A stretch of 63,791 nt of DNA, filler included, from Octopus bimaculoides (lineage: Eukaryota): NCBI RefSeq assembly GCF_001194135.2. It is 8 parts of 8 records of this genome, joined end to end, with 100 filler letters (N's around TTAATTAATTAA, not from the genome) between each part and the next. Parts side by side here need not be neighbours in the genome. Positions count along the whole stretch, not along the records: positions 36,680 to 47,625 come from NC_068984.1; positions 47,726 to 56,748 come from NC_068991.1; 6 more parts are not named here. The stretch is one strand, 5' to 3'. Below are positions 37,499-49,996 of this stretch, in pieces. Below the pieces are notes generated by a model, which saw nothing but the letters and a program-made list of their open reading frames with translations, ran no database searches and was not told the origin of the DNA. A program made the position numbers and the translations under genes. Position 1 is the first letter of the stretch, and each line of letters opens with the position of its first letter.

Positions 37499-38330
37499 NN
37501 NNNNNNNNNNNNNNNNNNNNNNNNNNNNNNNNNNNNNNNNNNNNNNNNNNNNNNNNNNNNNNNNNNNNNNNNNNNNNNNNNNNNNNNNNNNNNNNNNNNN
37601 NNNNNNNNNNNNNNNNNNNNNNNNNNNNNNNNNNNNNNNNNNNNNNNNNNNNNNNNNNNNNNNNNNNNNNNNNNNNNNNNNNNNNNNNNNNNNNNNNNNN
37701 NNNNNNNNNNNNNNNNNNNNNNNNNNNNNNNNNNNNNNNNNNNNNNNNNNNNNNNNNNNNNNNNNNNNNNNNNNNNNNNNNNNNNNNNNNNNNNNNNNNN
37801 NNNNNNNNNNNNNNNNNNNNNNNNNNNNNNNNNNNNNNNNNNNNNNNNNNNNNNNNNNNNNNNNNNNNNNNNNNNNNNNNNNNNNNNNNNNNNNNNNNNN
37901 NNNNNNNNNNNNNNNNNNNNNNNNNNNNNNNNNNNNNNNNNNNNNNNNNNNNNNNNNNNNNNNNNNNNNNNNNNNNNNNNNNNNNNNNNNNNNNNNNNNN
38001 NNNNNNNNNNNNNNNNNNNNNNNNNNNNNNNNNNNNNNNNNNNNNNNNNNNNNNNNNNNNNNNNNNNNNNNNNNNNNNNNNNNNNNNNNNNNNNNNNNNN
38101 NNNNNNNNNNNNNNNNNNNNNNNNNNNNNNNNNNNNNNNNNNNNNNNNNNNNNNNNNNNNNNNNNNNNNNNNNNNNNNNNNNNNNNNNNNNNNNNNNNNN
38201 NNNNNNNNNNNNNNNNNNNNNNNNNNNNNNNNNNNNNNNNNNNNNNNNNNNNNNNNNNNNNNNNNNNNNNNNNNNNNNNNNNNNNNNNNNNNNNNNNNNN
38301 NNNNNNNNNNNNNNNNNNNNATATATATAT

Positions 38331-38790
38331 GCCAAGCTTATTAACCCAGCTAAATCAGAACTTGGCATTATTAGTAAAGAAATTTTAGGAAAAATCAATG
38401 CGAAAGTCAGGAATGCCACTAGCTTAGTACAATGGTCCAATAGTATAGAAGCTGTTGATTGGTTTAAAGATATTAAGAATAAGAATAAAGCGAGATTCAC
38501 GCAATTCGATATTGTCGATTTCTATGCTCTATCTCTATAGAACTGCTAGATAAAGCCCTCACCTTCGCAAGCGAATTCATAAAAATCAGTACACAGAATA
38601 AGTACATAATCTTCCATGCTGGAAAGACTTTACTCTTCAGCGAGAAGGCAGAGTGGGTCAAGACTACCGATACAGAGGGTGCTTTCGATGTAAGCATGGG
38701 GTCATATGATGGAGCAGACATATGCGATCTTAATGGACTATTCCTACTCGATACGTTGGGCAAGACTTTTCCTGACGTATACTTCGCCAT
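38331..38790 (+). mobile_element. Penelope-like element RT fragment (possibly Naiad type)
   Basis: LINPAKSELGIISK...QFDIVDFY, then after a frameshift FDVSMGSYDGADICDLNG. Confidence 0.85.
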
Positions 38791-39207
38791 TTACACTACT
38801 CACCCGAAGTGACCTTTAATATAGGCAAGTATTTCTTATCACTGATAGAGAGACATTTTCCAGTCAACCATAGATGCAGAAAGCTCTTCAATAGACATAA
38901 CTTAAAAATCAGTCTATATTTATCTCTGATGAAGGCCGGTTTGTAGAGTTACCCTGGGTTTCTCGTCATAAAGGATACCTTTATGGTGCATCTTCAGACA
39001 TAAGATCTGTTGGCTTATGACCTCTTTAGAATATGGAAGGGAAAACGATACGGATGTAAACAAGGGGATTATCTCCCTTTGCTGCTGGCCATCGGCTTCT
39101 GGCCGTATCGCCGTCTTTCAGCTATGAGGGTAAACACTAGGGGGGGGGGGTTATCTCTCTCTCTCTCCCATCAGCAATTAACTGTGGTGCTATTTTCGCT
39201 ATCTCCG

Positions 39208-39527
39208 CTATTATGCGGTCCCCAAAACGCCAGCAGAAATCTCCAAAAATGCAAACGCTGCCCGAAAATCTCCGTTCAGGAGTTCAGTATTGTCCCTGGT
39301 ACGTGCGAGTTTTTCAGGATTTCCGTGCGTTCAGCTATGCATAGCTTGCAGCGTTTCGTTCTATTGATGTAGGGACCCGGACGCTCGAGGATTTTCCATG
39401 AACTCGAGTGTGGAATTCCATCTCCCTTTAGTTGCCGGGTATGGCTGGCCAGCGATGTTAAGTATCTTCTTTCCGGGATCCTGAAGGAGGATCTATGGTT
39501 AGAAACACGTTTCTTGAAGGAAGTTGC
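39208..39527 (-). mobile_element. Penelope-like GIY-YIG endonuclease, C-terminal fragment
   Basis: TSFKKRVSNHRSSF...TSLASH...WKILERPGPYINRTKRCKLCIAERTEIL...LNS*TEIFG. Confidence 0.85.
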
Positions 39528-40695
39528 TACTGTTGGTGCTGTTGCTGCTGTTGTTGTTACTGCTGCTGCTGTTGGTGCTGTTATATATATATATATATAA
39601 CAAATAATAAATGAGTATATGCATATATACGTACAGGTATGTGCATACCTACGTCTACCTGTATATATAGGTGCATATCTGGGTACAGGACATTGCAAAC
39701 AAAACGTAGACAAGAAAATAATAATAACCAGAGTACAGAAAACACACAAGCCATATAGAGAACATTTTCCTTCATCAGCTACCCGCCATTTTAACACCGG
39801 CGTTTCGAAGAGTTGGGCAGGACGCATCGTTAAAATGGCTCTTCCCATGGACCGCAAATTAAATTCGTATACACAAATTNNNNNNNNNNNNNNNNNNNNN
39901 NNNNNNNNNNNNNNNNNNNNNNNNNNNNNNNNNNNNNNNNNNNNNNNNNNNNNNNNNNNNNNNNNNNNNNNNNNNNNNNNNNNNNNNNNNNNNNNNNNNN
40001 NNNNNNNNNNNNNNNNNNNNNNNNNNNNNNNNNNNNNNNNNNNNNNNNNNNNNNNNNNNNNNNNNNNNNNNNNNNNNNNNNNNNNNNNNNNNNNNNNNNN
40101 NNNNNNNNNNNNNNNNNNNNNNNNNNNNNNNNNNNNNNNNNNNNNNNNNNNNNNNNNNNNNNNNNNNNNNNNNNNNNNNNNNNNNNNNNNNNNNNNNNNN
40201 NNNNNNNNNNNNNNNNNNNNNNNNNNNNNNNNNNNNNNNNNNNNNNNNNNNNNNNNNNNNNNNNNNNNNNNNNNNNNNNNNNNNNNNNNNNNNNNNNNNN
40301 NNNNNNNNNNNNNNNNNNNNNNNNNNNNNNNNNNNNNNNNNNNNNNNNNNNNNNNNNNNNNNNNNNNNNNNNNNNNNNNNNNNNNNNNNNNNNNNNNNNN
40401 NNNNNNNNNNNNNNNNNNNNNNNNNNNNNNNNNNNNNNNNNNNNNNNNNNNNNNNNNNNNNNNNNNNNNNNNNNNNNNNNNNNNNNNNNNNNNNNNNNNN
40501 NNNNNNNNNNNNNNNNNNNNNNNNNNNNNNNNNNNNNNNNNNNNNNNNNNNNNNNNNNNNNNNNNNNNNNNNNNNNNNNNNNNNNNNNNNNNNNNNNNNN
40601 NNNNNNNNNNNNNNNNNNNNNNNNNNNNNNNNNNNNNNNNNNNNNNNNNNNNNNNNNNNNNNNNNNNNNNNNNNNNNNNNNNNNNNNNNNNNNNN

Positions 40696-40745
<50 letters not shown>

Positions 40746-41249
40746 GGAGACAGACAGACAGAGACACAGACAGAGATAAAGGAGAGTGAGCAGAGACAGT
40801 GTGAGAGTGTATATTATTTCGAAGCTAGTGACTTACTGCATCCCATACTCAATGCGATCTTTCAATTGCTGCCTAAAAGATCGTATCTAGCGATGAAATG
40901 AAACACTGGTCGTGCGTGCTTTGTTATATTGTGGTACAAAAATATACAATTACCTAATACAGACTATATATTTATGTATATGTAGAGTGGGCGGGGGATT
41001 AAAATTTCTGGTCAGCTTTGTTCAGTTGGCCCTTTAGTTGACTATATTTTAGTTGACTATACTTAATAAGTTAAAAGAACTTATTGTTAACCGCGTACAC
41101 TCTATAAATTACAATTGTTGCATCTTCTAGGACTCACATGATCGTCGCAGTCAGTTATTATGCATCAAGAAGGGATTTTCTAAAATGTCTTTGAAAGAAT
41201 TTGAGCATGTGCTTGAAGGTTGAGAATAGTTCGTTATTTTGATTAAGAT

Positions 41250-41460
41250 TACGATAGAGTGGCGAATTATGTGGTATTTTTCTGAAATACAGGTACGGCA
41301 GCATTTTGATAGATTCTTAAATGCGGGTGCCTTATCTAACACAATCGATCCAGAAATTGCTTCTTTATCTCTAAATATTCTCTGAAAGTGCTGTGGTGTT
41401 CCTCTGGTGAAGGTTACTCTTGAAATGGCACATTGTATACTTTAAGTAGCTTCTTGGTGT
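41250..41460 (-). mobile_element. Decayed Penelope-like GIY-YIG C-terminal fragment
   Basis: RNTTALSENI, LDKAPAFKNLSKCCRTCISEKYHII. Confidence 0.65.
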
Positions 41461-41652
41461 GTTGCTAACAGAAACATTAGAGCAGTATACAAAACCTTTA
41501 TATATGAATTTTCCCGGTAACGGACAATGCTCTGTGCTTCGATTATTTCATACTGGCTATTTTCGTTCAACGCTTTCGAGCATTATTTTTTCACGGTGTT
41601 TCTTAAAAGCACGGAAATGGCAGTCTGTGTGCCGTAGTTAAAGCAGATACAT

Positions 41653-41706
<54 letters not shown>

Positions 41707-42100
41707 TCACACACACACACNNNNNNNNNNNNNNNNNNNNNNNNNNNNNNNNNNNNNNNNNNNNNNNNNNNNNNNNNNNNNNNNNNNNNNNNNNNNNNNN
41801 NNNNNNNNNNNNNNNNNNNNNNNNNNNNNNNNNNNNNNNNNNNNNNNNNNNNNNNNNNNNNNNNNNNNNNNNNNNNNNNNNNNNNNNNNNNNNNNNNNNN
41901 NNNNNNNNNNNNNNNNNNNNNNNNNNNNNNNNNNNNNNNNNNNNNNNNNNNNNNNNNNNNNNNNNNNNNNNNNNNNNNNNNNNNNNNNNNNNNNNNNNNN
42001 NNNNNNNNNNNNNNNNNNNNNNNNNNNNNNNNNNNNNNNNNNNNNNNNNNNNNNNNNNNNNNNNNNNNNNNNNNNNNNNNNNNNNNNNNNNNNNNNNNNN

Positions 42101-42706
42101 AATGACAACCTTTGAGAAAGAGGGAAAAACCTCCTCGTCGAAACGAAACTCCGGAAGAAAACCAAAACTTTCAGATAGGGACCGTTGAACTCTTACTTGA
42201 ATTATTAGAAAGGATCACAAACATACAGCTCCCAAAATTACTGCAGAGCTTAATGACCACCTCGAGAGCCCAGTTTCCACAAGAGCTGTTTGCCAGTAGC
42301 TACACAAAGCCGGATTTCATGGGAGGGCTGCAATTAGAAAAAAGACTACTTTCAAAAACAAATGATGCAAAGCGTTTAGAGTGGAGTAAAAACCTACAGA
42401 ATTAGTCCCTAGAGAAGTGGAAGAATGTTATTTTCTCGGACGAGTCATCCTTTACCTTCTCTCCGACCACCGGCCAAGTATACGTGTAGACAGCCAAAAG
42501 AAACATTTGACCCAGACTGCCTTCTTCCAACTGTGATTATCTAGGGGACTATATCTTGGAAATCCGCCGGCTCAATGGTTTCCCTTCATGGCAGAGTTAA
42601 TAGTCAAGACTGTTTAAGCATTTTATCTGATTAAATTCATCCTATAGTTGCGGAACTGTTTCCGGAGGGACACGCAATCTTTCAGGATGATAATGCATCA
42701 ATACAC
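42101..42706 (+). pseudogene. Tc1 (DD34E-type) transposase fragment with stop codons
   Basis: Frame from 42102 reads TFEKEGKTSSSKRNSGRKPKLSDRD...WKNVIFSDESSF and later FQDDNASIH; several in-frame stops. Confidence 0.85.
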
Positions 42707-42903
42707 GCAACATTTATGACCAATGGTTTCACATCCAAGAAACGCTTAGCTTCATGGACTACTCGTTAAACACCGATGGCTGCGCTCATGTAGCCTCTCT
42801 TCAAACTGGATGTAGAAAATCGTTACAGTCAGTTAATTTGTAAGCAAAAGAATATTCTGTACTGTCGGAACCTTAAACGGGACGATATATATATACACAC
42901 ACA

Positions 42904-42979
<76 letters not shown>

Positions 42980-42981
<2 letters not shown>

Positions 42982-43605
42982 GTGCGTGATAGATGAATTG
43001 TCACCATTCTATATTTTTAATTTCGGTCATGTGCATTGTTTGTTTTTGATTTTATCGACTACACAGAATAGCAAGGTCAGTTGGGCACCGTCTGTGAGAA
43101 CAACAGCACCATGATGCAATTCACTCGGCGAAAAATTTGGAAACGACATACTGTACTGCTTGGCATTCGCGTCGGAAGCTCCAGTACAAACATTTTAGAG
43201 TGTGTCACTGTCAATCTGAGGACATGTACCAAAATGATAAAAATCAAGCAACCAGTCAACATCATGGTGTTTGGAGTAATCACTTGTGACGGTGACGTTA
43301 TGCCTCCATTCATCTTCCCACACGGCCTCAGACTCAGCACGGCGGCCTACATCAAGAGCCTGGAGGAGGTAATGCTGCTTTGGTCAAGAGGTAGCTGCTG
43401 GAAGACCCTATGTCTGACAACAGGACTCTGCATCATGCCGCACAAGCACGAGAATCCAGTCATGGCTGTCAAACAATCTCTGCGACCACATCACCCCTAA
43501 CACAACTCCTAGACTGCAACCCTATTGATTATTATGTGTGGGGCGCAGTTAATCGAGAGCAAGAAAATTCCTTGTAACACTAAAGATGACTTGAAGGCAA
43601 GCATT
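42980..43605 (+). mobile_element. Internally deleted maT/DD37D-like transposon
   Basis: Begins ta|cagtgcgtgatagatgaattgtcacc (TIR-like). Encodes IMVFGVITCDGDVMPPFIFPHGLRL, a QQDSA-like motif and DYYVWG; cut off by a gap. Confidence 0.75.
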
Positions 43606-44627
43606 NNNNNNNNNNNNNNNNNNNNNNNNNNNNNNNNNNNNNNNNNNNNNNNNNNNNNNNNNNNNNNNNNNNNNNNNNNNNNNNNNNNNNNNNNNNNNNN
43701 NNNNNNNNNNNNNNNNNNNNNNNNNNNNNNNNNNNNNNNNNNNNNNNNNNNNNNNNNNNNNNNNNNNNNNNNNNNNNNNNNNNNNNNNNNNNNNNNNNNN
43801 NNNNNNNNNNNNNNNNNNNNNNNNNNNNNNNNNNNNNNNNNNNNNNNNNNNNNNNNNNNNNNNNNNNNNNNNNNNNNNNNNNNNNNNNNNNNNNNNNNNN
43901 NNNNNNNNNNNNNNNNNNNNNNNNNNNNNNNNNNNTATATATAAATTTACATACATACATATGTACATACATATTTATGCATATACGTATTTATCAACTA
44001 CATATGTGGAAAATCGGAGTGTGTTTGTTTATGGCGTTGTTAGCTAACTCCTCCTGCATCGTTTTATTGATTTTTATGAAACTTGACACGTGAGTAGAAT
44101 TCATGTCTGAAAACCTTGTGACATACTTAGATTGTCGAAAATATCGATAATAGGGCCCTTCCAATGGATCCTTCTCTCTACTACATATTACTAATATTTT
44201 ATTTAAACAACCCAAGGGAAATAACCCATACCACCTGCAGAAGTGATCAATATTTGATTCTCACGATCAGCCAGCCTAATTCTGCATTTCACTACTCACA
44301 GTTTTGAATTGCTAAACATTATTATTGCACTTCCTTAATTTGAATTTCTTCATTCATACATTTCTATACATACATACTTTTTTGAATGCTCATTTCTCCA
44401 ATAATTTTGCATTTTTACAGTTACACTTTTTCCATGACAATAGATAAATTTTTTATTCCACAACGTATTTGTAGTGGCTTCATGCAGGCATAGCGTGAAT
44501 TCGATTCTCGATTGCCAAATTTCATTTAACACTTCAACAGTACTTTGCTCACAGTAAAACAATAGTTTTTCCGTGAATGACAGCAGTGATACATTTCCCA
44601 GATGCTTTCGCTAAGCAGAATAATGCT

Positions 44628-44735
44628 TTGGTCTCTCGCCAACCTCCGACGACCTCTCTCACCAACCTCCGTCAATTTTTCCCGCCAACCTCCAAAAACC
44701 TCTCTCGCCAACCTCCAACAATCTCTTCAGCCTCC
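44628..44735 (+). repeat. Degenerate 23-bp minisatellite, about 4 copies
   Basis: tctctcgccaacctcc... repeats at a 23-bp period. Confidence 0.75.
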
Positions 44736-45510
44736 AGCTGACAGTTTTTTGTACTTTCTCGTGATGGAAAATACGCCTTTTGCGGCAGTTGTAACCAAAT
44801 TGCTTTCTTATATCTGAGTAATATGGCGTTTCAATAGAACATCTTTACCTCCGTGAACTACCGGGTACACCAGCTAGTATAATACTTACACACAAATATA
44901 TTTACACGCATACACAAATATAGATAGATAGAAGGGTAGGTAGGTAAGTAGGTAGGTAAATAGATATACGTAAGCAATATATATTATATATACATATATA
45001 TATATGCAGGTACATATATATATATATATATGTATGTATGTATACACACACACATATATATATACACATATATACTTACATGCACACACACATATAGCGA
45101 GATATGCGCATTTGTGTGTATGTTTGTATATATATATATANNNNNNNNNNNNNNNNNNNNNNNNNNNNNNNNNNNNNNNNNNNNNNNNNNNNNNNNNNNN
45201 NNNNNNNNNNNNNNNNNNNNNNNNNNNNNNNNNNNNNNNNNNNNNNNNNNNNNNNNNNNNNNNNNNNNNNNNNNNNNNNNNNNNNNNNNNNNNNNNNNNN
45301 NNNNNNNNNNNNNNNNNNNNNNNNNNNNNNNNNNNNNNNNNNNNNNNNNNNNNNNNNNNNNNNNNNNNNNNNNNNNNNNNNNNNNNNNNNNNNNNNNNNN
45401 NNNNNNNNNNNNNNNNNNNNNNNNNNNNNNNNNNNNNNNNNNNNNNNNNNNNNNNNNNNNNNNNNNNNNTATATATTATATACATACATGCATGTATATA
45501 TATCTGTGTG

Positions 45511-45544
<34 letters not shown>

Positions 45545-46290
45545 AACACACATACATGCACACACATACACATTCTTAAAGTTAACACCCAACAAATTTT
45601 TTGTTCTTGGTTTGTTTCTCCTCTTACTCCTTCGCCTTCTTCTTCTCTTCCTCCGCCTTCTCCTCCTCCTTTTACGCCTTACACTCCACCTCAACGTCAT
45701 ACTGTGTCCCATATATAGAAATTATTCATCTGAACCTTAATCCAAGAAATCATGCATCCGAAAACAAAATAAATAACTTTTTTTTATATATATAAAAAAA
45801 GATAAATAAATGAATATTTTTCTTTTCCTATTTTTTATTTTATATTTTTGCAATACATGGGATTGGGAGAGCAGTGGTTTATGAATCTTCTTTTTCTTTT
45901 TTCTTTGTTCAAATTTGACTTGCTGTAAATATGTACCAAACAAGGTTATATTTTTGTTTACGGTTCACTGATTTCAGTATTTGAAACAGCTATTCATACA
46001 AGTGATTTTATATGTTATTATATCCAGTCAACGTAGAAGCTTCTAGATGGCCGCTCGACCTATTATAAATAGCAGCCATATTAACCTCAAATATCACAAC
46101 CTAGTCATTAAATTATGAAGGGCGTATTGGTCATGTTGACATAGAATCAAACGGTGTTATGTATAAGCCGGCGGATGGGTTCAATCCGCAGTCGCTCGAT
46201 ATGCTAGAAACAGAAGCATAATCTTCCTCAAATCACAACCTAGTGTCTTATTCGTGAGACACTGCATTCCTGAGATATTGCAGCAATAGA

Positions 46291-46725
46291 TACTCTTTTA
46301 CTCTTTTACTTGTTTCAGTCATTTGACTGCGGCCATGCTGGAGCACCGCCTTTAGACGAGCAAATCGACCCCAGGACTTATTCTTTGTAAGCCTAGTACT
46401 TATGCTATCGGTATCTTTTTCCGAACCGCTAAGTTACGGGGACGTAAACACACCACCATCGGTTGTCAAGCGATGTTGGGGGGACAAACACACACACAGA
46501 AGCATAACACACACACAGAAACATATACACACACATACATATATATATATACATATATACGACGGGCTTCTTTCAGTTTCCGTCTACCAAATCCACTCAC
46601 AAGGCTTTGGTTGGCCCGAGGCTATAGTAGAAGACACTTGCCCAAGGTGTCACGCAGTAGGACTGAACCCAGAACCATGTGGTTGGTAAGCAAGCTACTT
46701 ACCACACAGCCACTCCTGCGCCTAT
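46291..46725 (-). mobile_element. Full-length tRNA-derived SINE (family A)
   Basis: Minus head ataggcgcaggagtggctgtgtggtaag...gggttcagtcc (A/B-box-like), core caccttgggcaagtgtcttc, tail gactgaaacaagtaaaagagtaaaagagta. Confidence 0.85.
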
Positions 46726-47002
46726 CATACAATATATTTTAAAATATAAATCGGGATGGCATTGCCAGAATGACTTTTGCTCGACTAATGTTAACGGAAG
46801 TGCGTTTCTTTGCTCTTTGCAATTTGTGTTGGGGTAAAGAGGTGTACGTACGAGTCCGCGCTTGCGTAAGTGTGTGCGCGATGTATGTGTGAGAGAATGT
46901 GCATGCGCATAAAAGAGAGAGATCATCCCAAGGTCCAGTCTTTGTTGTGGTTTGGTGGCTTTTGTGTCTCAGTGACTCTGAGAGCTGTGCCAGCGGAGTG
47001 CA

Positions 47003-47034
47003 AGGGTTAGGGTTAGGGTTAGGGTTAGGGTTAG
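47003..47034 (+). repeat. Interstitial telomeric repeat
   Basis: AGGG(TTAGGG)4TTAG read directly from the sequence. Confidence 0.95.
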
Positions 47035-47625
47035 AGAACACCACAAATCAAAAAATACAAAAAGTTAGAAATAAATTAGCTAGGTTTTTTAGTAGAATGG
47101 GCTTTGGTATAGTATATGAAGATGAAACATATATAGCTAACTTCTTGGACGTCACTTTAGATCTACACACTAAAACATTCTTCCCGTATCACAAACCCTC
47201 CACTAACCTAAAATATATCAGTGAATCCAGCAATCATCCAAATTCTGTAACGAGAAATTTGGTTAAAAATATTTCACTTATCCAATCTTTCTACGAATGA
47301 ATGCATCTTCAATAAGGAGGCTGAATTTTACAATTTAGCTTTATTAAAAGCAGGTTACAGAGAAAAGGTTAATTATATAGATTCTAATTATGAAACCGAT
47401 ATGAGTAGTAATAATAATAATAATTTTAATAGCAATAGTAATAATGATACAGTTTTTAATTTAAATAATAACAATAAATACGAAGATAACCTCAATCATA
47501 AATTACCTAACGATAGGAACAAGCTTAACATTTTTTCACGAAATAAGGGAAATAACAGTCAAATAAAACCTTGTCTCAACGATAATAATAAACTAAGACT
47601 ATTTATAAACAATACCGGAAAACAT
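47035..47625 (+). mobile_element. Penelope-like RT C-terminus/thumb plus an Asn-rich linker, 5'-truncated
   Basis: ANFLDVTLDL...PYHKPSTNLKYISESSNHPNSVTRNLVKNIS, then FYNLAFIKAGY and an N-rich stretch. Confidence 0.85.
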
Positions 47626-47725
47626 NNNNNNNNNNNNNNNNNNNNNNNNNNNNNNNNNNNNNNNNNNNNTTAATTAATTAANNNNNNNNNNNNNNNNNNN
47701 NNNNNNNNNNNNNNNNNNNNNNNNN

Positions 47726-47770
<45 letters not shown>

Positions 47771-48161
47771 CACACATATATATATGTAAACATATATGTT
47801 TATATGAGAGAGAAAGAGAGAGATTAGGCAGCCGGAGACAGGAAATTAAGTCTTATGCTAAAAAGTCACATATACAGTGAGAGGGAGGACGTAACGAACT
47901 AGAAATAAGTCGGGGCCGCCACTGCATTCCATTCGAGAGAGACTGGTTTTCAAACCACGTAAGTCACCTGTAAACACGAGTTGTGTTCGAATTGACCTAT
48001 AATTACAGAGTGACCTGACACCTTGTTAAACCACTCGACCATGTTGCTCGACCTAGAAATGCAAACCATGATGGATCACGTCAGACATTATTAGAAGTAA
48101 ACCTTTTCCCTGTGTTACCTGCCCCAGTGTAGTATGTATGTATGTATGTATGTATGTATGT

Positions 48162-48245
<84 letters not shown>

Positions 48246-48330
48246 GCTTCTGTATATGTGTGTGTATGTATGTATGTATGTATGTATGCATGTTTGTATG
48301 TATGTATGTATGTGTGTGTATGTATGTATG

Positions 48331-48377
<47 letters not shown>

Positions 48378-48559
48378 GTGTGTGTGTGTATTCCCGTCTC
48401 TCTGTCTTGGGGGGATGGGAGTCCAGCCAGCTGGATGTAATTTCTCTCACCTTTCGATATTTTTTCCTCTCCTACTATTTTTTCTCTTCTATTTTTTTTC
48501 TCTTCTATTATATGTATGTATATCATTATTCAGTTTATCTCAAGATTTCTTGCCAATAG

Positions 48560-49030
48560 AGAAAGAGCTGGTTTCTAACCTAGATCCAAGGCTCCTACAT
48601 TGGTTTCACAATGGTCTTGGAGGAAGAGGTTTAAACATGCTATATATATTTTATACATTAAGTTCTGGTATGCAATTGGCCGGTAGTTTCTTGCCATATG
48701 GGTGGTTCTGCATTTGGGGATCAATTTTGTCTCTGCCAGAGCTAACCAGTATGGCATGCTACTGTTCCCAATGAAAGCTTGCTGGTACAGATTGATAAGA
48801 TATAGTTGGTTGAATGTTAGATTCTTGTACCAATATCCAACAATCAAGTCTCATCCAGTTGCTTTTTCCATTCTGGAGTTTCTGGATCTCAGTTGCAAGA
48901 GTTTCACCATCAATCTTGTATGTTTTGGCTGTAATGCTTCCACCTTGAGGGTACATTGAGAATAGGACACAGATGAACTGAACTAACAACGAAATATCGA
49001 TATCCATTGTTCTCGCTCACCTCCGGGGCA
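48560..49030 (-). mobile_element. R4/Dong-like LINE, RT N-terminal fragment
   Basis: KLQNGKATG*DLIVGYWYKNL and PYWLALAETKLIPK...NYRPIAYQNLMYKIY...LQDHCETN. Confidence 0.8.
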
Positions 49031-49184
49031 AGTTATTTCGCCAGGTTTTGAAGTATACTGTGTTTTAAAAGGATTTTCGCTGGACGAAATACTACAGCCA
49101 AAAAGCGTTTAGCAACACACATACATGATGCATGTAACATCGATAATACTTACATTATAGAGATGCCTCTAACACACAGTTTGA

Positions 49185-49274
<90 letters not shown>

Positions 49275-49996
49275 GCACACACACAAACACACACACATAC
49301 ATATGATGACATGGATTGATACAGACGTGTTAACTTTTACAAGGAAAAGGTTGATTGTGACTTTAAAGATTCAGCTTTCTCATCATCATCAACACACACA
49401 CACACACACATCATACAATTTCTTTTTATTGGGGTACGCTATTAGCAAAAAGTGTGTGTGTATATGTATGTGTGTGTGGTTAATAGGATTTATGCCGTGT
49501 GTATGTGGTTGTTCGTGCGCCGAGGAGTGTGTGAGTATGTTTGATGTGCGTGTGTGTTGACCATAATATAATGTAGAGACTATAATATCCCCCAACAGGT
49601 CTGTAACCTGTCATTAGAGTCCCACGGTTGGGCGGGGATTTGGGTTAGATTGTGGTATGGTAGACCTTTGCATGTTGGCACATCCAGGCAGTCGTTTAAT
49701 TCAACTCCAGTACTTGATCAGTAATTTATTTTATCGACCTTAGAAGCATGACAAACAAAGGTGATATCGGAAAGATTTGAACTCAGAATGTAAAGACCCG
49801 TAACACATTCTGCAAATTATTTTGTCCGATGCTCTAGTGATTCTTCCAGTCACCACCTACACCCCACCACCACCACCATCACCACCGCGCGAACGTATAC
49901 ACACGCAAGCATGTACGTAAGCACATAATATATACATATAAATAGATAGAGAGATAAAATGATTTTACTGAAAAACATGGATGATATAGCTATCAT

